The translations under genes and the position numbers were made by a program. From contig NC_068998.1 in the NCBI RefSeq assembly GCF_001194135.2, positions 1,007,732 to 1,048,945 of the forward strand: 41,214 bases of DNA, written 5' to 3'. The notes beneath the pieces were generated by a model. It was not told the origin of the DNA, did not search any database, and worked only from the letters and a program-made list of their open reading frames with translations. This stretch comes from Octopus bimaculoides (Eukaryota). Positions 23,466 to 34,569 of the stretch are shown here, piece after piece (the first letter of the stretch is position 1; the number at the start of each line of letters is the position of its first letter).

Positions 23466-23953
23466 AGACTACAACTGAAAAGGAGTGAAGGGTTGACTGG
23501 ATGTTGAGATGCCGCATCTCTTTCAAATCTGAATGTTTTGAGGTGAAACCTAGCGGACCGCTCTCAAAAAACGTGCATTAGTTGGCAGAATGATTAATTA
23601 TTTATCACATCATCTACAAATGTATGCATGTATGTATGTATGTATGTAAACATACATACATATATGTATGTATTATTTATGTATATATGTATGTCTGTGT
23701 GTACGTGTGTGTGTGTGTGTGTATTATTCAAAGCGCGGGTAGGTAAATAGATAGGTCTACAATGAAGGTAAGCTGGTGGATAGATAGATTACACCGGCAA
23801 TTCTAAGGTCCAGCTTAGAAACATTGTCGCACTGATACTGCCAGACTATTTACGCCAATGGAATACTCAACCAGCTTCCCTTAAATTTAACATGCTGCCA
23901 GTTCTATAGATCAAGCAGATGAATTCTCGTCGAAATCAACGGAAACCCATTCG

Positions 23954-23988
<35 letters not shown>

Positions 23989-24522
23989 GGTGTAGTTAGG
24001 GAAGTAAGTAGGTAGGTAGGCGGTTTGTTTGAAAGTAGGAAGGGCTCCGAACGTCGATATAAAGAGAGAAGGCTCGTTGTTGGCGGTGGCTGACGACTGC
24101 AGCTTCCTAACGCCTCATATAATGAATGGACGACTTGCTTAGTTCTTGGCTCCTTCAATTTATCTGCTTCTTGTGGCAAAGAGAAAAGCCAGGGAACAGC
24201 GATGTTATCTATCTAGTAATTTTCTCATTTAAACCAGTGCTACATCTGTCGCTTTCGCCTCCACACCTGTGTTACTTCATTTCAATAGACACCACTTTTG
24301 TCCAATTGGCAAGCTTTCTATTCTTTGCGTTCGTTTGTTCTTCGCGCTGCTGTTGTTGTTGTTGTTGTTGTTATCATTATTGTTGATGTTTTGTCACCAG
24401 TATTATGGCATTTTGTTGTTGTTGCTGCGGCCTTTGTAGATTTCCTGCTCTTGATACCTATTTGTGTGTGTCTGTATGGTTGTGTGTGTTGTGTGTATGT
24501 GTGTGTATGTGTGTGTGTGTTG

Positions 24523-24553
<31 letters not shown>

Positions 24554-24577
24554 CACACACACATAAACAAACACACA

Positions 24578-24620
<43 letters not shown>

Positions 24621-24749
24621 CTCTTACAATGTCAAGATGTGTATGCGTATTTATATTTATTCATTTATGTACATGCCATTATTAATCAATAGCGCTCCTT
24701 TAGTTATGGCCCCTAAGAACAGCATGAACGATACCGCTTCCCTTCGAAT

Positions 24750-24857
24750 TGGCAAATCATGTAGAATCGGTCGTTAGAGCATCAGACGAAATTTGTTGGC
24801 GGTGTTTATTCCGGCTTGTTGCTTCTCGTGTTCAAATCCCGCTGAAGTTGCTTTACC
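24750..24857 (+). mobile_element. Diverged SINE B-like head
   Basis: gtagaat..cgttagagcatcagacgaaat..gcggtgttt..gtgttcaaatcccgctgaagt keeps the A/B-box arrangement of type B. Confidence 0.55.
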
Positions 24858-25364
24858 TGGAATATTAAAACGGCATTGCAAGTCCTAGGAGCGAACCACC
24901 TAAATCAAAATGGACAATTGGCAACATGAGATATTGGTAGTTCCACATATAAGCGAAGTGAAATAGCTCTAAAGAGAGACCGAAACCGTATCATTGGCAC
25001 TGTGCTGAAAGAATTTATTGCGTTCATATTATTGTATGATGCCCAGAACAGAAAAGATTGCGAAGTTGAAAAAATGGCCGGTTAAATAAGTGAGGAATGA
25101 GAGTTACATCAAATGTAGGAGACACTACAAAGACATAGACAAGAGATTGCCATTACTGGTATAATATTGACGTGGAACCATTCAGGGATTGGGACAACGA
25201 TGTAATCGACTGAATCAACTCTTGTGTATAACTGGAAATGGGAAGATGAAGGATTAGCCATGACTGCCGGCATTTGCAGTAGGACTCAATGACTTCTCAA
25301 TTACCAGCATGTGACAATGTTCCCTTGAACTGAACGACTGTCCGTTGCTGGGGGTCAAGACTAC

Positions 25365-25546
25365 AGCAATTTCGAGAGGAAGAGTCAAGTCGATTACATC
25401 GACCCCAGTATTTGACTGGCACCTCTTTTGTTATTTTATAGAACCTGAAGGTACGAAAGGCATCGTCGGGATTTCAACCCAGAACGTAAAGAGCCGGAAG
25501 AAACGTCGCTCAGCATTTTGTGCGACGTTCTAATGATTCTGCTAGC
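25365..25546 (-). mobile_element. SINE type B
   Basis: aagtcgattacatcgaccccagta..cagaacgtaaagagccggaagaaacgtcgctcagcattttgtgcgacgttctaatgattctgctagc aligns with 20965-21122. Confidence 0.8.
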
Positions 25547-25555
25547 AGCACATCT

Positions 25556-25675
25556 TCGACAACTATGTTGCAGATTCTTGATCAAGAGTACAATGCATTG
25601 CTCGGTCCAGGAATCGAAATCACAATCTTATGATCATGAATGCTTATACCCGAAACCACCGAGTCACGCACCTCC
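25556..25675 (-). mobile_element. Truncated tRNA-derived CORE-type SINE (type A head)
   Basis: Reverse complement GGAGGTGCGTGACTCGGTGG (A-box) .. TTTCGATTCCTGGACC (B-box) .. ttgtactcttgatcaag, colinear with 6260-6355 and 35154-35245. Confidence 0.75.
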
Positions 25676-26343
25676 ACACACACACACACACACACACACA
25701 AGCAAACACACACACACACACACACACAAACACACAAACAAACACACATACACACACACAAACACAAACACACTCATACAGACACATACACATACACAAA
25801 CATACACAGACATACTCACACACAAAAACACACACACAGACNNNNNNNNNNNNNNNNNNNNNNNNNNNNNNNNNNNNNNNNNNNNNNNNNNNNNNNNNNN
25901 NNNNNNNNNNNNNNNNNNNNNNNNNNNNNNNNNNNNNNNNNNNNNNNNNNNNNNNNNNNNNNNNNNNNNNNNNNNNNNNNNNNNNNNNNNNNNNNNNNNN
26001 NNCTCAACACCTTAACTCTAAGAGATTTATAGCTTGTAGTGTTCAAGAAGTTGCCACTCGCAATATTGAACTCACTACCACCCCGCCCCCTCCCTCACCT
26101 CACCCCTACCCCCAACCAGTTCCGGTTGATTCCGGGATTTTACTACTTAGAGACAACGTTTATTCATACTGCTTCTACAGCAGATCATTCACATGCACAC
26201 ACACACACAAACACAAAAACACACTCACACACACACACACACACACACGAACACACACACATGCACACACGTATACATGTATGTATGATGTATGTGTGTG
26301 TGCATATATATATATACATATAATATCATATATATACACATAC

Positions 26344-26384
<41 letters not shown>

Positions 26385-26682
26385 CGTATATATATATGAT
26401 ATATATGTATATATATAAATGTACATGTGTATGTATGTATATATATATACACGCACACATACATTTCATGTTGTGGTATGTGTATATGAATGTGTTGTGT
26501 AAGTCTTTGTACAGTATATGAGATGCACAAATACACGGTGTGTACATGTGAGGTATATATGTCTTAGTGTCCGCGCACCTGCGTACATTTGTGTGTGTGT
26601 GTGTGTGTGTGTTTGATGGTTATAAACCATCCAGGCTGCGTTACTTTTCCGCCATTGCAATCGCCATTGATATTGTACTTAC

Positions 26683-26761
26683 ATGACGGCAGAGGATTAT
26701 TAAATAGGGAGGTCCGAGCGCAAGCAGCGAGCGAACTCTTTATGTAGCCATTCAAACAAGA
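26683..26761 (-). other. Possible 79-nt exon
   Basis: Acceptor ccccttctttttattcgttAG (26763-26762) and donor CAT|GTAAGT (26682). One frame is open (SCLNGYIKSSLAACARTSLFNNPLPS). No homology recognised. Confidence 0.35.
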
Positions 26762-26911
26762 CTAACGAATAAAAAGAAGGGGAAAAATGAACGGCAACAA
26801 GAATTTACCTCAAAAATACACTTATTCCACCACACAAAAGAAAAAAGCATACAAGAGTCAAAGTAACAAGCAATAAAACTCATGTGGGGATGGTTTGATT
26901 CGAAGCACCAT

Positions 26912-26935
26912 CACAACAACAACAACAACAACAAC

Positions 26936-27013
<78 letters not shown>
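26912..27013. repeat. (CAA)n plus (AAT)n array, forming the (ATT)n 3' tail of the adjacent SINE B
   Basis: Directly visible and contiguous with the SINE 3' end. Confidence 0.95.
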
Positions 27014-27152
27014 TGTTTCTGCTATAGGTGTGAGGCCTGAAATTTTTTGGGGCGGGTACTAGTCGATTACATTGACCCCAGTACTCAACTGGTACTTATT
27101 TGAATTCAGAACGAAGAAATGTCGCTAAGCATTTTGTTCGACACTCCTAACG
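27014..27152 (-). mobile_element. SINE type B with a 47-bp internal deletion and a clipped 5' end
   Basis: agtcgattacattgaccccagtactcaactggtacttATTTgaattcagaac..gctaagcattttgttcgacactcctaacga, compared with 20965-21112. Confidence 0.85.
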
Positions 27153-27545
27153 AAAGAGGTAGTGTGGTGGACGAGGTTGAAAGGTCTGAAGGCAGATACT
27201 TTCCTCTTCGGTCAAGCCCTCATCGTCGTTTTCAAGTTCTATTTGAAAAGGAAAGTGAAAGTGGAGAGGGAAGTACTGTCCCATATATTTTTCTTGAAAG
27301 GTGATTGAATGTGGCGAGGATGACCCATGTGAATGGGCCTGCTCTAGACACACGCTTGTAAGCCAGAGGAGTTGAGCAGGAGAGAGGCATCCTGGCGGCC
27401 GTGGTAACCAGGATGTGTGGAGTTCCTTGGTTGTCCCTGAGTGGAATTCCCACTTTGGGGAATTTTATTGTTAGTTGTTCTAATTTTATTTGTTATACTC
27501 GAATTTTTGTGCTAAGCCCCACGTGTCCCTGCACAAAGAAAAAAA
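27153..27545 (+). mobile_element. 5'-truncated L1/Tx1-like LINE 3' end
   Basis: Frame KEVVWWTRLKGLKADTFLFGQALIVVFKFYLKRKVKVEREVLS then ER*LNVARMTHVNGPALDTRL* has the L1/Tx1 ORF2 C-terminal K..(I/V)W..R pattern. The 3' UTR is homologous to 21167-21458, followed by an A-rich tract. Confidence 0.75.
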
Positions 27546-28328
27546 AATGAATATATAATTAATAAATGGGAGAAAAAGAAGATAAAATGGCAGGAATACG
27601 GAAAGAGAGAAAAAAAGAGGAAGAAAAATGAAAGAGCAAAGAAAGAAAGAGAAAAGAAGAAACAGAAAACGAAAGAAATAAAGAATGAAGAAAGAAGGAA
27701 AAAAAGATGAATTAATATGGAGAAAATAGGAAACTAAATAAAAACAATCCAAAATTCAAAGAAAAACAAACAAAATAAAGAATGGAAGATAAAATGGTAG
27801 AAAGGATAAAAAAAGGACGTTTGAATAAAAAGTAAAATGGAGAAACAAGATGTGTGTTAGCTGGTTAACAAATCAAAAGATTTAGTCTTTGATTAAATAT
27901 TGGACTGAGTCACCAAGTAAGGGTTGATTAAGATATTTTGTTCACCTTGAAGTAGTTTGATGTCATTCCTGGTCAAACTCACTAAATTTCGTTATCGGCC
28001 ACAACAATCTTCAACTGTTATGACTTATCTCCCTTTACAACCGATTTTCATTTCCTGAGGTGTCGGATGGAGGTCGTCTGTTTTCCTCATTTTCTGTTCA
28101 GATACTTGCATTTATATATATATATATATATATATATTATATTATATTGTATTATATGTGTGTGTGTGTGTCTGTATGTGTGTGTGCGTGCGTGTGTGTA
28201 CATATATATANNNNNNNNNNNNNNNNNNNNNNNNNNNNNNNNNNNNNNNNNNNNNNNNNNNNNNNNNNNNNNNNNNNNNNNNNNNNNNNNNNNNNNNNNN
28301 NNNNNNNNNNNNNNNNNNNNNNNNNNNN

Positions 28329-28371
<43 letters not shown>

Positions 28372-28532
28372 TAGATAGATAGAGATATACATGCATATGC
28401 ATGTATACATACATAGATATATGCATACATACATACATACATACGTACGTACATACATACATACATACATACATACATACATACATACATACATACATGC
28501 ATACATACATACATACATACGTACATACATAT

Positions 28533-29058
28533 AAAGGAGTAGTGGTAGAATGTCCCAGTGAAAGCCTCAATAAAATGTAAACATAATAATAGACCTGACA
28601 TAGTGATTTGGGATAAAGAAGAGAAACTGTGTACAGTTGCGGAAAACAGCTGCCCAAAGATGTAAACACAAAGCTGAAGATCAGTAGAAAAGAAAATCCT
28701 TACGCCGAACTATTGGAAAAATCTACAGAAACTCTATCCTTTTCAGGTTAATATCTGTAATTATTTGGGACAGTGGGATATGTAACACACTGCCTAAATA
28801 CCAATCTTGAGAAATTAGGCTTCTCAAAATCAGAAAAGAAAAAGCTGATTCGAAGACTAACGATCTTTCTAAAAATTTATCATTTAAGTTTATAAGAGCA
28901 TGTTTAGACATGCAACTTATATGCATGAGAATGCATACATACATACATACATACAAAAATACCCTGCTGATATTATTGAAATTCCAACGAAGGAGTCTTG
29001 GATCTAGGTTAGAAACCGACTCTTTCTCTAGTGGCAAGAAATCTTGAAATAAAACAAA
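28533..29058 (+). mobile_element. R4/Dong-clade LINE 3' end: restriction-like endonuclease domain plus 3' UTR
   Basis: W*NVPVKASIKCKHNNRPDIVIWDKEEKLCTVAENSCP..DVN..LKIS.KENPYAELL shows the RPD..E..CP PD-(D/E)xK signature, followed by CLNTNLEKLGFSKSEKKKLIRRL; AATAAA at 29048-29053. Confidence 0.88.
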
Positions 29059-29061
29059 ATA

Positions 29062-29167
29062 GGCACAGGTTTGGCTGTTCAGAAGTTTGCTTCGCAACCA
29101 CGTGGTCCAGGTTCAGTCATATTGCGAAGTACTTTTGACATGTATACCTTCTACTATAGCCCGTCGT
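29062..29167 (+). mobile_element. SINE type C with a 55-bp internal deletion
   Basis: ggcacaggtttggctg..aagtttgcttcgcaaccacgtgg..ggttcagtc..cttctactatAGCCcgtcgt followed by a tgtatg tail; compare 41044-41193. Confidence 0.8.
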
Positions 29168-29188
29168 GTGTATGTATATATAAAGAGG

Positions 29189-29256
<68 letters not shown>

Positions 29257-29385
29257 CAGGTACACGCATGCACGTATGCATAACAAGACAAAAACACACC
29301 CCACGCACACAGAAAGACCAAAGACGCATATATGGCAAAGGCACAAAGAAGTACAGTGAAAGAGAGAAATAGATATAGATAAATA

Positions 29386-29434
<49 letters not shown>

Positions 29435-30426
29435 GTATAGAGGTTTATACAAATAGAGCAGAGTGTAGTTTATTAAAAAGAGCTATTCAGGGACATATAT
29501 ACAAAAATGCCAAGCGTATATAGTCAGGGAAGATTCTGTGGTGTTATTCTTTATAAGGTACCAATTAAAAGCGCGCGCACGCACACACACNNNNNNNNNN
29601 NNNNNNNNNNNNNNNNNNNNNNNNNNNNNNNNNNNNNNNNNNNNNNNNNNNNNNNNNNNNNNNNNNNNNNNNNNNNNNNNNNNNNNNNNNNNNNNNNNNN
29701 NNNNNNNNNNNNNNNNNNNNNNNNNNNNNNNNNNNNNNNNNNNNNNNNNNNNNNNNNNNNNNNNNNNNNNNNNNNNNNNNNNNNNNNNNNNNNNNNNNNN
29801 NNNNNNNNNNNNNNNNNNNNNNNNNNNNNNNNNNNNNNNNNNNNNNNNNNNNNNNNNNNNNNNNNNNNNNNNNNNNNNNNNNNNNNNNNNNNNNNNNNNN
29901 NNNNNNNNNNNNNNNNNNNNNNNNNNNNNNNNNNNNNNNNNNNNNNNNNNNNNNNNNNNNNNNNNNNNNNNNNNNNNNNNNNNNNNNNNNNNNNNNNNNN
30001 NNNNNNNNNNNNNNNNNNNNNNNNNNNNNNNNNNNNNNNNNNNNNNNNNNNNNNNNNNNNNNNNNNNNNNNNNNNNNNNNNNNNNNNNNNNNNNNNNNNN
30101 NNNNNNNNNNNNNNNNNNNNNNNNNNNNNNNNNNNNNNNNNNNNNNNNNNNNNNNNNNNNNNNNNNNNNNNNNNNNNNNNNNNNNNNNNNNNNNNNNNNN
30201 NNNNNNNNNNNNNNNNNNNNNNNNNNNNNNNNNNNNNNNNNNNNNNNNNNNNNNNNNNNATATATATATATATATATATATACATAGGTAGAAATGCATG
30301 CATGCTTGCACATACTTGTACATACATGCGTATTTGTGCGTATGCATATACGCATTGGCACTTGTAGGTGTGTTTCTTTAGTATTGTTGTTACTCGCTCA
30401 ATTACATGTGTATTTGCATTTGCACG

Positions 30427-30465
<39 letters not shown>

Positions 30466-31454
30466 TCCACACATACACACACACTCACCTATACTCATAT
30501 ACAGTGTTGCCAAACCAACACAGTAACGTCGTCCTATGTATGTATGTATGTATGTATGTATGTATGCATGTATGTATGCATGTATGTATGTATCTATGTA
30601 TGTATATATATCAAAAGGATCTATTATAATACTATTCCATATACACAAAGACAGCCATACCAAGAATCCAACATACCTCCATCATCAGCTGCCCCACGGA
30701 TATCATTATGGTTTTGACACCTGGGCATTGCCATTCAATCTGGCAGTGTCAACAACACTAAAATAAATGTTGTTTGGGAACAAACCAAAGAAATCACAAC
30801 TTTCAAACACATTTACCCAATGCATAACTGTATCGACAAATAAATTCAATAAGTAAATTACAACCAACTCCTAAATACGTAACTGTTTAACAACGACCAA
30901 TCCATTAAGTCATACAAAAATTATATTCCCTATCGTCTTCTATAGTATAATATAAAAATGAAAGCTTATTAACCACATTCATTCAATCAAANNNNNNNNN
31001 NNNNNNNNNNNNNNNNNNNNNNNNNNNNNNNNNNNNNNNNNNNNNNNNNNNNNNNNNNNNNNNNNNNNNNNNNNNNNNNNNNNNNNNNNNNNNNNNNNNN
31101 NNNNNNNNNNNNNNNNNNNNNNNNNNNNNNNNNNNNNNNNNNNNNNNNNNNNNNNNNNNNNNNNNNNNNNNNNNNNNNNNNNNNNNNNNNNNNNNNNNNN
31201 NNNNNNNNNNNNNNNNNNNNNNNNNNNNNNNNNNNNNNNNNNNNNNNNNTATATATATATATATATACATATGTAAAATATGTATATATATATCTTTCCC
31301 TCTCACTTTCTCTCTCTCTCTTTATCTCACTATCTGTGTGTGTGTGTGTGTGTGCGCGCGCATGTATATGCACGTATATGTACTTTATATATATATACAG
31401 TCACATGGCTTCATATTGAAATTCAGTGCAAACTTTCAGTATATAAAGCGAATA

Positions 31455-31691
31455 CACTAATCCTTCGCCATATCGCGGTTCACTTATCGCGGTTCACCTA
31501 TCGCGGTTCATTATTTAAGCCTACGTCGATTCCTCCGTGGTGTTGTTTTGCATTCATAATAAAATAAATATATACAAATCATAAAAATAATATGAAAATA
31601 TATATAGTACCGTACTGTTTCTACTTCACGGATATTCACTTATCGCGCGAGGTTTTGGAACGTAATAGCCTCGATAGTCGAGGGATTACTA
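31455..31691 (+). mobile_element. Tigger/pogo-type MITE (TA target)
   Basis: TA at 31453-54. TIRs CACTAATCCTTCGCCATATCGCGG / TAGTAATCCCTCGACTATCGAGG resemble CAGTAATCCCTCG. Three internal copies of TATCGCGGTTCA(C). Confidence 0.85.
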
Positions 31692-32301
31692 CATAAAGTA
31701 AAATGTAGTAAGGGAGATTACTCAAGTAAACCAATGACGTCAAAGGCATAACATGTTTTAAAGGTGGTGTAGTGAATGGCAGGGAATTCAAATTTACTTG
31801 TTAATATAAGAAATCTAAGTAAAACCCATTCACTAAATGTCTTCGGAAAGTAAAGGAATGATAATTTCTATAGAAAGAAATTTAATTTTGTAAACTTCTT
31901 CAGACATTTAGAGAAATATTTTACATTTGTTTACCGTAAGGTGGCAGTTGTGGAAGTTTCGATGTAATTGGAGCTGATCGGCAGAGAGTGATCGCTCCAA
32001 AACTGACTTTGATCAATTGATAATTTGTGTTTTTACATATAAAACTAGTAACAAAGATGTTTGTTCCCGTCACACTGTAAATACACACAAGAGTTTATAA
32101 ATTGGATTGTGACCAGCACAGCGTGAAATTAATAACGATTTAAGGCGAATCATCACAAAATATATTGACACAAGAGAAAGAAATGTTTTGTTTTGAAACG
32201 TTTAACGAGCAGAGCCCGGCTGTTTATCTGTTTAGGGAGATGTTTTTACAAAGACGTTCCGTTTCTTTCTTCATATTGTACATTGTTGTTGCCAATTCAG
32301 G

Positions 32302-32338
<37 letters not shown>

Positions 32339-32614
32339 NNNNNNNNNNACACACACACACACGTATGTATGTATATCCGTCAACAACACGATGAAATAAT
32401 GAAGTGTTTAGAAATAAAGGATGAACCGAAATATTAGTATTTATTGGCTACAAGTACATCATTGTTATTTAATCATGTCTTTACACACAGACACGCGCAC
32501 ACGCACACCCAAATACACACACTCACACACACACCATAATTCAAACGCACTCACACACATACTTTTTTATATATAAATATATTCATACTTCTATGTATAT
32601 ATCTATAGATACAA

Positions 32615-32653
<39 letters not shown>

Positions 32654-33814
32654 CACATACATAAGTGTATATATTTGTTTATAGTATGATTATTATATGT
32701 GTGTATNNNNNNNNNNNNNNNNNNNNNNNNNNNNNNNNNNNNNNNNNNNNNNNNNNNNNNNNNNNNNNNNNNNNNNNNNNNNNNNNNNNNNNNNNNNNNN
32801 NNNNNNNNNNNNNNNNNNNNNNNNNNNNNNNNNNNNNNNNNNNNNNNNNNNNNNNNNNNNNNNNNNNNNNNNNNNNNNNNNNNNNNNNNNNNNNNNNNNN
32901 NNNNNNNNNNNNNNNNNNNNNNNNNNNNNNNNNNNNNNNNNNNNNNNNNNNNNNNNNNNNNNNNNNNNNNNNNNNNNNNNNNNNNNNNNNNNNNNNNNNN
33001 NNNNNNNNNNNNNNNNNNNNNNNNNNNNNNNNNNNNNNNNNNNNNNNNNNNNNNNNNNNNNNNNNNNNNNNNNNNNNNNNNNNNNNNNNNNNNNNNNNNN
33101 NNNNNNNNNNNNNNNNNNNNNNNNNNNNNNNNNNNNNNNNNNNNNNNNNNNNNNNNNNNNNNNNNNNNNNNNNNNNNNNNNNNNNNNNNNNNNNNNNNNN
33201 NNNNNNNNNNNNNNNNNNNNNNNNNNNNNNNNNNNNNNNNNNNNNNNNNNNNNNNNNNNNNNNNNNNNNNNNNNNNNNNNNNNNNNNNNNNNNNNNNNNN
33301 NNNNNNNNNNNNNNNNNNNNNNNNNNNNNNNNNNNNNNNNNNNNNNNNNNNNNNNNNNNNNNNNNNNNNNNNNNNNNNNNNNNNNNNNNNNNNNNNNNNN
33401 NNNNNNNNNNNNNNNNNNNNNNNNNNNNNNNNNNNNNNNNNNNNNNNNNNNNNNNNNNNNNNNNNNNNNNNNNNNNNNNNNNNNNNNNNNNNNNNNNNNN
33501 NNNNNNNNNNNNNNNNNNNNNNNNNNNNNNNNNNNGTATGCATACACAGAAGCATACATCTTTTTCGTTTTCATAATTTATAACTAGATCTTTAAGTTCT
33601 CACACGCGCGCGGACACTCACACACACACACATACACACACACACTGGCACATACAAACTTGCATACAACTCCCTCCCGCGTCCCCTAACCACTCAAACT
33701 CTTCTATAACCTGTTACTCTTCAATTATATCTGAACAGTCTAAAGTGGTTTTGTGTCAGAAGGTAACAGAGTTTAACAATCGATAGCCATGGGTCAGCTA
33801 CGTTTAACTGAAAC

Positions 33815-33895
33815 CTCTCCAATAAGGAGCAGTTGAGTGGACATTAATTCAGGAGCCAGACGCGCAGGCGCACGCGTCTCTGTCACTTCCGCTTT
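33815..33895. promoter_or_regulatory. Promoter-like motif cluster (CCAAT, NRF1-like, ETS)
   Basis: CCAAT at 33819-23, GCGCAGGCGC at 33862-71 and CACTTCCG at 33884-91 within a CpG-dense unique stretch. Confidence 0.5.
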
Positions 33896-34108
33896 GTTAT
33901 CGTTTTCTTGTTGTATTCAATTGTTCCTCGTTGGTTTCTTTCACGTGTTTTGTCGATATGCCGTTCTATCGATATTACTGCTCAATTTGTTGTTATTGAT
34001 AATGTGATTGTTGTTGTTTTTATTGATGTTGTCGTTTGTTTGTGTTGCCGCTTTTTAAGGGTTTTTTTTTTAATCGTCAATATTATTATTGTTGTTGTTG
34101 TTGCTACA

Positions 34109-34240
34109 AAGACGGTTTGCTGGCAGAATTGTTAGCAAGACGTACAAGATGCTTAGCGTCGTTTCATCCGTCCCTACGTTCTGAGTTCGAATTCCGCCGT
34201 GATCGACTTCGCCTTTCATCTCTTCGGAGTCGATCAAATA
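34109..34240 (+). mobile_element. SINE type B, interrupted at a TA by a mariner
   Basis: A-box TGGCAGAATTG (34121-31) and B-box GTTCGAATTCC (34185-95); homology stops at cgatcaaaTA (34240). Confidence 0.9.
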
Positions 34241-34488
34241 CGAGTCTCGGCTGAAAAGTTCATCGGCTGACCAAGACACCCTCACGGAAAAGGATCAAAT
34301 GAGATTTATTTTTCAACATCGATCCCCTTGCGGTCCACACACTTCTTTCATCAGTGTTGCAGTGCTTGGATTCATTTGGTAAAGAAGCATTCATTCCGTT
34401 AGTCAAAACAGTCATGAACAGCAGATATGACGTCATCATTACGGCCATACTGGTTCCTTACCAAGTGTCTTTTCATGTTAGGGAGCTA
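34241..34488 (-). mobile_element. Mariner 3' end: TIR plus transposase C-terminal relic
   Basis: TIR CGAGTCTCGGCTGAAAAGTTCA follows the TA. The minus frame LPNMKRHLVRNQYGRNDDVISAVHDCFD*RNECFFTK*IQALQH**KKCVDRKGIDVEK* matches the mariner C-terminus. Confidence 0.9.
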
Positions 34489-34569
34489 TTTGTTTGTTGC
34501 TCTTAGATATAGCAATATGGTATCTAGTGTGAATGTGACTCGCCCAAAAACATTTAAGTCTCAAGATGG

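Noticed and set aside
25198-25401. 14-bp perfect inverted repeat (CGATGTAATCGACT / AGTCGATTACATCG) suggesting a MITE
   Set aside because: The right arm is an internal part of SINE B and the left is probably a scrap of another SINE B copy; no TSD.
26900-27160. CRISPR-like or regularly spaced repeat array
   Set aside because: No constant-length repeat-spacer structure and no cas genes anywhere in the window; the repeats are simple tandem arrays and dispersed TE copies in eukaryotic DNA.
32309-32362. (GT)n-gap-(AC)n hairpin
   Set aside because: The arms are separated by a 10-N placeholder, so orientation and spacing may be a scaffolding artefact.
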